Shown here one piece after another: positions 53,731 through 63,084 of a DNA stretch of 63,084 nucleotides. Numbering within the stretch: the first letter of the stretch is position 1; every line of letters starts with the position of its first letter. The stretch is from NCBI GenBank assembly GCA_905331295.1, contig CAJNYD010000011.1:1-63084 (forward strand), given 5' to 3'. The translations under genes and the position numbers were made by a program. The stretch is from Rotaria socialis (taxonomy: Eukaryota). Below the pieces are notes generated by a model. It ran no database searches and was not told the DNA's origin. It saw nothing but the letters and a program-made list of their open reading frames with translations.

Positions 53731-55210
53731 CAGTGTTATTCGTTACAGTTGCTAGACTTTCGATTTCTTGTACTAAACAAATAAATAGTAGTTTAATTCA
53801 AAACATTGTCTATATATATATATATACAAAATTCATACCTATGCTTGCTGTGAGAACAAAATTGTTCAGAATAGAAATAAATACGTTTCTGATTCTCACA
53901 CTAGGAAGATACTTCAGAGTTGCAACAATCCGAACAAATCTTGCTAGTGTTTGAGATTGTCGCTTGCGCTATGAAATGTAAGACATAAATTAGTTACAGT
54001 TAGTTCTTCCTTATTTTGTATATGCACTCTTCGTTCAAAATTCAATTTGTTAGTAGGAAAATGAATGAATCCATCACAGAAATAAAATAGCAGCAAAATG
54101 TTCAAGTATAGCCAAGAGTGAACATTTTCCAAAAGCAAACCTCTTATGTTATGTCTCTGATTGATCATTATAACTTTTTAATCATCAGGTTACTCAAAGT
54201 AAAAGTGAATGAGGTTTTTACTATTTCCAAAGAGATTTTTCCCGAGTTTTGAAACTCTAAAAGTGATGCTATAACGTTGAATTTTTCAATTATTTCAGTT
54301 CAAATACCTGACATTACCATAAAAAGAAATATTTTTACCTTAGAGCTCTTAATGGACGAAGAATATTATTCTGTTTTTCACGTCAGTACTCTCGTTCATC
54401 TCTATGTGGTGGCAGAAAGATAATCAAAAAATAGGACTAATTGCGTAATGTCCATTTCGGAACAAGAAAAGTACTTGCTCTATTTAGATTATAACATTTT
54501 CAAGTGATACTTCCTTGATTTTGTAAGAGGAAACTCTAAGTTAATTTCTTTTTATCACCCTCCTCTCGTACGAAATTTGAAGCTTAAAGAATTGGATAAT
54601 TATCCACTAAACGTCATGAGATAAATAAGATTTATTCGCTTCAATCATCATTCAATACATTGTAAGCTATATCAAACATGTTTAGTTACTCGTTTAGCAC
54701 TGGCAATCCCAGTGGCCCTGACGACAGTAATTTTGCTGCTTTTAGTTGTGGAATCACTATCCAATTGATTTTGTAACTATATAGTAAAAATTTTTGATGA
54801 TAATGAAGCATAATAAATGATGTTTACCGCAGTCTGTAAAACTGCTCTTTGCTCAGCATTATTTTCACCAACACTAAGTGTTACTCCATCACTTAACGGC
54901 AAATCAAAAGTGTAAGTTTCCGACTTCGTCGCAACAGTAACATCGCGTGAAGTTAGGTAAACCGGCAATAGCGACAATACAATAATTGAAACAATCACAA
55001 ATAAGACAAAACCTAGGCAACAAAGACCAACAATTGGAGCTATTCGCGAACTAAAACAGTAACGTCAATCAGTTATATGCGAGGGTCAATAAAAAAAACA
55101 TACCTGAAACGATTTGCTTTGTCAATGGTTACTGATCTATCTGTTGCAGTCAACTCTGTCTCGTCCATCTGCTGAACAGCAATTGCTTCAGTATTCTCCT
55201 GTTGCATCAT
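53731..55210 (-). CDS. Single-pass (type II-like) membrane protein exons; either a separate gene or the 5' part of the GT4 gene
   Basis: Exons 55104-55210, 54828-55050, 54690-54776 and ~53900-53968 splice in frame: MMQQENTEA...RFSSRIAPIVGLCCLGFVLFVIVSIIVLSLLPVYL...SAKRRKRQSQTLARFVRIVATLKYLP. Further small exons at 53839-53847 and 53731-53772. Confidence 0.65.
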
Positions 55211-57084
55211 GTTGTGTAACTTGGTCGCTAAACGAATAGCCCTTAATTACCTGCTACACTAAATTGACCACGGCGTTTTTATTTTTCAAGAAGAGAGTTG
55301 GATCTGTTTTGTCTTTATCTGAAACGAAAAGTCACGCATAATTGACGCTACTAAATAAATTCTGTTTCATGAGGAATATTATATGATATGGTGTGGTGTT
55401 TCTAGCTCTGAGTTTCGTCTCTGAATTGACACTTCAAAGATTTAACCAGAGAGATTATGAGAGATGTCAGCATTATTGATTGAGTAATATTTGAAAATTT
55501 GCTTATTTGTTTTACATGTTGCAGTCGATGATGAGTTGAATCATTACCCGAATTCTTAGTTTAACTTGATCCCTGTTGATATCATCATTGTTCATAATAT
55601 AGATGACACAATAGATTGCTTGCATATTTTCATTAAAAACTAGTCAACCATTTTCAAGTTTGAAATAAACGAAAACATATTTGAACAAAATTCAAAAAAG
55701 GGCACTTGAAAAAGTAGCTAAGAAAAGTTTACCGGTAAAAATCTTACGAAATTTCGTAAACAATATAAAAGTACGCTTTTCCCCTTTGCCACCCACAGCA
55801 TCGAATTAGTCTTTCTAAATAAACACGAATTGCTATATCGTATCAACTGTTTCAGTAAAATATAAAAGTAGCAGAACATTCAACTTGAACATTGTGATCC
55901 TGTTTATGTTATGTCTTACGATTAGAATTTATTAAATTCTTGGTCAGGATGCGCAGAATTGAACATGTCATACTGTTGCTGATGTATAACAGTGTAATGA
56001 TCGAACAGAGGGTTGATCAATCTAAAAAATTAATTGCAACAACTGTATTAATGCATGAGAAATGGAACTGGTTAGGCCAGTTGAATTGAGTAAATGCTTC
56101 CAAGAAAAAGACTCACTTATCAGAGTGACTAGTTAGGTATCATGATTATTTGACTCTGAGGCTGTCGCTAGTTTGAGCACATGTCCAATGATGGGTACTT
56201 ATTACACGGCACTTTTATCTATTGATGAATAACTTGGGAAATTCATGGTCTCACGGAACGTGAATTATTTCGCTGTTGTTCCCAAACAAACTTCTAGATA
56301 TACCAGGCAACTAGACTCCTGGTCATGGTTGCTTGATAAGGTCTACCTTTAAAAGCTAAACAACTACAACGTAATAGTTTCGCATCTCACGGCTTTAAAT
56401 AGATGTTGTAGCTGCCAACAAATATACTATAGAGACAATCAAAAGTAATGAGCCGCGAAGCGACATGAATCATTAGATTCATATCGGCAGTGCTCCTTGA
56501 CTCACTATTCTTTTTCTCGTCAATTAGTTAGAAAATTAATCTTTTCGTTCGCAACTCAATACGTGTAGTCATGTTTTTATAACTACTTTTCTAAGTCATG
56601 AAACTATGCTATTACTCGGAAGTAATTTCAATACGAACACTGCCGTGACGGCTGGCAAAAAAATAATCATACAGGTGTTTTTCTCTAAGTACCCATGTTA
56701 ACTACCCACGATCGTACACGACTGTATCCAAAATAATATGATGAATAACGATGACTGTATACGATGAGCGTATACAATGATAGTATGTATAGAATCAAGT
56801 CACTCAATACATATTTTTATTGATGCTTTCGAAGATTTCGAACTTTTCTTTTCCAATGATGTTTTGGATCTTGTGCTTGAGAGTTTACTCATGAGTGTTT
56901 CCTTGACGAAACAAAAATAGTTATTACTATAAATGAAAATAAAGTAATGTGTGCATATCAGGGGTAATAAAACGGGTCTTTGAATATATCTCTTGCTTCA
57001 AAACGATATACCATCTAGACGTATTCATATGAATTTATCTCTCAACTTTCTTTACATTTTCTGTTTTACTGAAACTCTAAGTAA

Positions 57085-57660
57085 AAATGTGTCGGATCTG
57101 TCGTAAACTACGACACAACACACGACACATTTGAGTACGATATGAGGCGCTCGTTGCGACACATTCTGCCCAGCAAGACCACGACGCATTTTTCACAGAA
57201 CATCCTACACATTTTCATTGGTTGTTTTTGAAACGCATATTTCGATATTCTTTTAAATTTAATTACATATATCTCTTTATTTTTAGAAAATTCAATATGA
57301 TCAGATCCTAAGATCTGGCTGATTTGGAATTGGTCCTATTCCTATCATACTATCCAGTGTAGTCCTTCCGGGATCTTGGATCGGGATGGCAATTTATTGA
57401 TTATAAAGTAATCAAGTATTGATTTCAAAGAAAATTTTATTTCGAGAACTTATCTTCCATGCGTTCAACGATGTTGCGTATATGTCGCTGTATGTTCATA
57501 ACAAAACGGTGAACGACTAGTCGACTGACAGAACGCGAAAAATATATATACGACACATTTCTTTAATTAAAAGCACGACACAAAAATTTACGATACATTT
57601 TTGTAATAGAGAGCACAACACAAAAATGCATGGCACATACAGCCGATGCATTTTTATTTA
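57085..57660. repeat. Degraded repeat with multiple (a)cgacac(a) units and a small internal inverted repeat (~57303-57382)
   Basis: At least six cgacac-like motifs in two clusters; gatcctaagatc...gatcttggatc inverted pair between them. Confidence 0.45.
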
Positions 57661-58103
57661 GTGTGTATAATTACTTTTGAAAGTATTTCATATCGTATAT
57701 TTTTTATCATCAGTCTAAAAAAATGTTCTAAACAAAAGTTATTATACAAACAATATCTTAAATTATTTCACAAAATATTTCTGTCAATACACACTTGCAG
57801 AGTGCTTGATATTATACGACATGGGAGAGTAGCTGCCTAATTCGAGTTCGAATATAAATGAAAATTTCCGAAAATCCTATTGCGCACAAGCAAAAGCAAA
57901 AGTTTAAAATTTATCCTAAATATAAATTTTATAATTCGAATTTGAGGCTGTCATATAAATGAAGGAAAAAAGCAAAAGTTTAAAATTTATCCTAAATATA
58001 AATTTTATAATTCGATTGATTCATGAATTTAGAGTTGCATGTTATCAGGAAGAGGGCGTAACTGTCTAGTGCAGTTTCTGTGTGGGTATGGTCATTGCAG
58101 TAG

Positions 58104-59453
58104 TGTCGAACTTGAAAGCTGAATTCAACTGAAACTTCAGCTTTCAAGTTTCCCTAGGGCATGTACTGAACAAAGGGTACCTGAAAAAGTACCCTGCTAC
58201 TGGTATGTCTTAGGAACTTTATGGTACTGGAGTACTTGAAAGTACTTTTAGGTACCTTTTAGGTACTCAGGTAGGTACCCTGCTGGAAAACAACTAGTAA
58301 ATGAGTACTTGAAGGTACTGATCAAGTACTCAACCGGATACTATTGCACAATATGCTTAGGTACCCTGTTACCAAAATTGCAGTACGTTGATGGTCGAAC
58401 CTAATCTTCGAGTTTTTTCATTTTTTTTCTCTCAAAACAATTTATTAAATATTTTTTGATATTATTTAATTTAATTTTTCCAATCCTGGAAACACTCTAG
58501 CAGGTCAAATTTCGGGATCTGACCGGGCTTGAGTTGGTCGAATCTCCATCCGACCACTTCAGGGTAGTCCGATCTTAATTTACGATTAAGATCGGCGTGT
58601 TCTCCACTAATAAATAGTCAAAAAATAATCTAGAAAAAAAATATGAAAAAAGTTTATTTTCTCATGGTTCACCGAGTTGTTTATAAGGAGCTGTTCGCGC
58701 AAAAGAAAACGGTGAATGAACAGACGCCACACAGAACGCGATAAATCTAGGGTACCCTGTAGAGCTTGCCTCAGCAAAATTACAGGCGCGGGTACTCATA
58801 CAAGTGCTGCTTCAGCGAAACATACTGCTATGGGTACCCAATGCAGTACCTACAACAGTCTGGCTACTGAGAATTTTCTAAGTACCCTTAATAGGTACTC
58901 TGGTGTGGTTTTCTTAGTATGTGGGTACTCTGAGCCCAGTACATTCCAAGTTTCAACTTTCATGCTTCAAGTTTCAAGTTTCAATTCTTTTTTTTTAGCC
59001 TTTCGCGGCACCCCCACTTGAGATGTTATGTATGTGTGTAGACGTTGTTTTCAGCCTTTCGCAGCACCCACACCCTTCGTCGTAGTTAGTATCCGTTAAA
59101 TTTTCATCAAATACGTCGAAACTATGAATATGGCAATGTGTTGCCAAGACGTGTTTTAGGAGTAAGTTTCAGACGGATGGTGTCATGTAGTGAGGAGAAC
59201 TGAAGTAGCAAATATTGGCAAAAGTGTGAATTTTCCCTGCATCCGTGCGATGCGGAGAGTGGCAAGAGTTCAATGGTTAAATCTGAAATTGATTTAGGGT
59301 ATGGACCTCCGTGGTATCTAATGCTGTAGAAAATTTCAATTGGATTGAATGAATACTTCTTGAGCTATTGCGTGAGTAAAACCGTATTTCGAGAAATTGA
59401 AACTTGAAACTCAAAACTTGAAGTTTCAGTTGAATTCAAGTTCAAGTTCGACA
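58104..59453. mobile_element. TIR element nested in the outer element
   Basis: tgtcgaacttgaaagctgaattcaactgaaacttca at 58104 matches the reverse complement of tgaagtttcagttgaattcaagttcaagttcgaca ending at 59453; caagtttc subterminal units. Confidence 0.75.
58155..58947. mobile_element. GTAC-rich MITE inserted in the left arm of the second element
   Basis: Ends ggcatgtactg / cagtacattcc; many gtac/ggtacc units on both arms; the interrupted caagtttc array resumes after ~58947. Confidence 0.65.
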
Positions 59454-60337
59454 TGTATGGAAAATTGTGTGCACAGAGACATTTTTCGGTCGCGGCTCTG
59501 TGAGGGACCCTGCGCGCCCCAACGTCGCGATACTTGAATAAAGGTCTGCGTGATGTGGCTGAAGCCTAGCACTAGGTGTGTGTAACGTGACAGAAGTCGA
59601 AGTGTGGATGTTAACAACATCTAGCAGTTAGCCGTTACTAGATAGTTTTCATATTCTGTTAGACAACTCTCAAGAATCTTGTTGTTGAATATTCAAACTT
59701 TTACTAAGCGATAAGTTTTTACCTGGCTTAGCAGTAGACCAAGCATATTTTAACATTTGCAGTTTCTAAAACGCCAATCAGTGGTGCCTCAGTTCGAATT
59801 AAAAAAATTTATGTTTAGGATAAATTTTAAACTTTTGCTTTTTTCCCTTAACTATATGAATGCCGGAATTTTTATTTTCGAATCGAATTTGTGTAGTTGA
59901 ACCTTCATTTATATTCGAATTCGAATTAAGCATCTCATGACATGGGATCACCAATACAAAATGTCAGGGTTAAATAAGTAGAACGAATGGAAATCATTCT
60001 ATAAAGAAAAAAAAGAATATGAACAATTGTTTACACGAATAAAAATATGAAATAGAAAATACAAAGTAAAGACGAACGTGACTGCTATTCAATTCAGATA
60101 TAAATGAATAATTCTAATATCTCAATAAACCTGCTAGCAATTAAAATTTGACAACTTATAGTTATATGTGAACTTTAAATTTTTCTTATTTCAGTGAGGT
60201 ATTTTTATCTTGTAAATAATCATTCTTGATTTTTTTTCAGTCTGTCTTCATCTTGTTACATTTTCATATTTATTAAACACAACGGCAGCAATGTATTAAT
60301 TTAGTTAAAAATGGAATGACAAGAGATATGTATCCAC

Positions 60338-60437
60338 NNNNNNNNNNNNNNNNNNNNNNNNNNNNNNNNNNNNNNNNNNNNNNNNNNNNNNNNNNNNNNN
60401 NNNNNNNNNNNNNNNNNNNNNNNNNNNNNNNNNNNNN
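60338..60437. other. Assembly gap (100 N)
   Basis: Run of N; true length unknown. Confidence 0.99.
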
Positions 60438-60501
60438 TTTCCTCGGTTAGTAGGATGTTTTAGGATCCGATAGAACCCGTCGTCGAATTAGTCGACCTGG
60501 G

Positions 60502-61184
60502 CGATTCCGAAAAAAAATTTCCGATTCCGCTTCAAAATCCGACTCCGACGGGAAATTTTTCCGGAATCCGATTCGGACTCCGGAAAAAGCCGACTTTTTT
60601 TTACAGCTTAGTGACATCTAATTCATATCAAATGTTTGATATGCTGAAAGGATATATAAGTAAACAAATCAATAAGGAACGAACAGCATCAATGTCATCG
60701 ACAACAGCAGTATCTTCTGAAGAATCAACTTGCACAGCTCCTAAACAATTATGTCTCGATGTCGACCATAGTTTCAATGATTCTAATAAAGAGAATATTC
60801 TTGATTAGTCTATTCTATTTTTTCTTTATACTAATTGTTAATGTCAATATTTTTCTTGTGCCAATATTTCTGCTTAAGATTTATTTATAAAGTTAAAATT
60901 AGCATATCTTTGTTCATTCTACAATATACTCATGAATAAGCTTGTATCTAAGTAAAAATCAGATGATGTGATTTCTGTAGTAATACAGCTCAAACGTTAA
61001 CTCTCAAAAAATTTATTTTATTTTCTACTACTTCAGCTTCGTCAGAGTAGAAATCGAATTTCGGAGCCCCGTGCCATTTTTTATTCTGACTCCGCCTCCG
61101 GAAAATATTTTTTCACGATCCGATTTCAAGTCCGACTCTGAAATTTTTTTAAAATTCCGATTCCGACTCCAATGCAGTACACTA
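60502..61184. mobile_element. Partial hAT-like non-autonomous element with ccgactcc/ccgattcc subterminal repeats
   Basis: Two clusters of ccga(c/t)tcc(g) units (60502-60600 and 61060-61170) ending in ...gcagtacacta. The left end is not visible and abuts the end of another repeat (60440-60501, ...gtcgacctggg) and the gap. Confidence 0.5.
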
Positions 61185-61744
61185 GCACGTGGTCATATTA
61201 TGAATATAGAAAAGGATAACGAATGTCTAGGCCGATACATATACACATGTCATTCAACACAAGAAAAAAGAACGACGCCCATTAGTACATATCAAATATT
61301 TGGAAGAAGACGAATCTGTCATTGTGTATAATGTCCCGATATTAGATCTAACATCAAATTAAACGTACTTCTTTCGAAGTCGATAATAACGTATTTCTTT
61401 TTGCCTGTAGTCGAAAAAGAACAATCTTACTGAAATATTCTTTATTATTGATAAGAACTCTTGGATTTGTTTAATGATCTACTTTTGTGTTATAAATAAT
61501 TTCTGCTAGATAATAATGTAGTTTTGGGATTCTTAAGATACCCGATGAGATCCTTAATCAAGTTCGAAACATCGTGTTATGCTTTGAATCTTTCAAATAA
61601 TTGAGTTTTCAGCACATCCACACCAGAGACCGACATAGAATCAATTCATTTTTTTCAGTTTCATTCGGGTTATTCAAAATCATTTTCTTTGTTCTACAGT
61701 GATATGGTCGAGAACAGCTGACTAGTATAAGAGATGACCATGAA

Positions 61745-61882
61745 AAAGGACGTCCGCTGTTTCTCTTGATTTCTGCCAATCGTGTTCATTTAATGGTCAT
61801 TACTGTTCTCTTAGATAGCGCTCTTATGGTTAAGTGCACCTTGATTGGTGTAAGAAATCCCTATTGACAATGGACGTTCTTT
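61745..61882. mobile_element. Short palindromic MITE
   Basis: aaaggacgtccgctgt / acaatggacgttcttt and gatttctgccaatc / gattggtgtaagaaatc inverted pairs. Confidence 0.55.
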
Positions 61883-61918
61883 CTTTCTTTCCTTCTTTTT
61901 TTTTCGTTAGTCAATTTA

Positions 61919-62095
61919 GGCCCCAATCACACTGAGTAGTAAATTAACATTATAGTTGAATTAAGCCATGTGATTGATGCATTAAGAGTTAAGTAATATT
62001 TTAGAGGTGATTTTAACTCTTTTAACTCTTAATGTATCAATTAGATTACTTAATAAGACTTTAACTTTATTCACATTTCCAGTGCGATTGGAGTC
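61919..62095. mobile_element. PIF/Harbinger-like hairpin MITE (177 bp)
   Basis: TIRs ggccccaatcacactg / cagtgcgattggagtc; inner palindrome attgatgcattaagagttaa / ttaactcttaatgtatcaat; flanks tta / ttg are compatible with a mutated 3-bp TSD. Confidence 0.7.
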
Positions 62096-62384
62096 TTGAT
62101 ATCGACCTCTTTATTTATTAAGTATGGCTACGGTCAACTGTAAATATAGATCCATATACAGTAAATGACATTATTTTTCTTCGTTCTATAGAAAATAAAC
62201 TTATTTAATTAGTCTACTTAGATGTGTTCATTACTTTATATTTTATGTATCCCTTCTTGAAAAAAATGAATAATTCGTATGTATATATTGATAAATTATA
62301 TTTATTCAAAATATTTCTATAGAAGATGACAGTCTGAAAACAGCAATACTACGTAATAGTGAATGCCATGTTTTGTAAACCCAA

Positions 62385-62516
62385 TTTGAGTCGAATCGAA
62401 TCGAATTACAATTTTGAAAAACGAAAACAGCCGAATCGAATCTGAATCGAGGTCCTAAAAACCCGAATCGAGTCGAATGGCATTTTTGCCATTCGTTTCG
62501 GTCTTTGACCAACACT
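62385..62516. repeat. (cgaat)n-rich transposon-end remnant
   Basis: Clustered cgaatcgaat / gagtcgaat units ending in ...ccaacact; no partner TIR found. Confidence 0.4.
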
Positions 62517-63084
62517 CACGCCCACACCTGGCTACTCCACTCTCTGCAGTGTGCAATCATATTATCTCAATGTTTAGCAATTGGATAAGAAAACTACTTC
62601 AAGTCAAAAACAAATATATCAATTATACATATGTATACAAGTGCACTTCCTAACCAAATCCAACAGTAGACATCTGATTTCTGAGCCTATGTGATTATCT
62701 GTATAAAATGAATCTCCATGAAATCCTTCACTATCAATTTATTTGAATTTTTTTACGAATAAGAACTTCCAGTGGACTCGAGAAATAGTTGACAATATGG
62801 GAGGAGAAAGACTAACCAGACAAGAATATGGGGAGAAGAAAACAAACTAGTCAGTAATGTTCCACGATGGAAAAAATATGATGGGAAAGTGAATCTTTGG
62901 AGTAGGTGTGTGATTGTTCCATATTTCCTAAAAAGAAAAAATACAAAATTAGTTCAGTACCATAACGCACTTAAAATGATAAGCTCAAAGAATGATATAG
63001 GAATCATCAGTAAAAATTGGGACTTTCTCTCGGGCAATTATCGTCGAAACACTATATGAACACTCCATACTAGCCTTATTCTTA

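Larger units (their letters stand above)
57827..59938. mobile_element. Non-autonomous Mutator/foldback-like element with a 9-bp target-site duplication (outer layer of a nest)
   Basis: Direct repeat gacatggga at 57818-57826 and 59939-59947. TIRs tgcctaattcgagttcgaatataaatgaa / ttcatttatattcgaattcgaattaagca. A ~45-bp subterminal unit occurs twice on the left and inverted on the right. Confidence 0.8.

Noticed and set aside
53944..54168. ORF resembling a signal peptide for the GT4 gene
   Set aside because: Joining it downstream needs a 29-nt intron, well below the ~50-70 nt seen elsewhere here; not excluded but unsupported.
58078..58092. tgtggg as a telomeric repeat
   Set aside because: Single unit only; no tandem array anywhere in the window.
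58155..58947. Regularly recurring GTAC/GGTACC units as a possible CRISPR-like array
   Set aside because: Units are 4-8 nt, irregularly spaced and arranged as inverted arms; eukaryotic context, no cas genes. Better explained as MITE subterminal repeats.
58716..59620. ORFs of 101 and 64 aa inside the nested elements
   Set aside because: No transposase motifs; they cross element boundaries or lie within repeats.
60611..60808. 65-aa ORF as a transposase remnant
   Set aside because: Plausible coding-like composition but no recognisable hAT or DDE motif; cannot be supported.
1..63084. tRNA, rRNA or prokaryotic operon structure
   Set aside because: None recognised by eye; genes are spliced and eukaryotic. 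A covariance-model scan was not possible.

Overview
AT-rich (~30% GC by eye) eukaryotic genomic DNA with many ~50-70 nt GT-AG introns, animal-type genes, at least one bacterial-type gene and abundant MITE-like repeats. This fits a bdelloid rotifer scaffold (Rotaria/Adineta-like); the taxon is inferred, not proven. Positions 1-55 kb are gene-dense and contain, in order: a calmodulin-like protein, a large GON-1/ADAMTS9-like metalloprotease, a second EF-hand protein, an intronless DUF1295 membrane enzyme, a classical cadherin, a probable pseudogene, a divergent homeobox gene, two orphan genes, DAD1, ICA69, a RING plus UBR-box-like E3 candidate, a CACUL1-like gene and a bacterial-type GT4 glycosyltransferase with spliceosomal introns. 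Positions 55-63 kb are gene-free and hold nested and fragmented non-autonomous DNA transposons plus a 100-N gap. The most interesting candidate is the GT4. It carries an extra N-terminal domain and can be spliced in frame to an upstream transmembrane-encoding exon set, giving a ~760-aa type II membrane glycosyltransferase, with a 2-nt alternative donor that would instead give a short anchor-only protein. All gene models were spliced by hand without transcript data or database searches.
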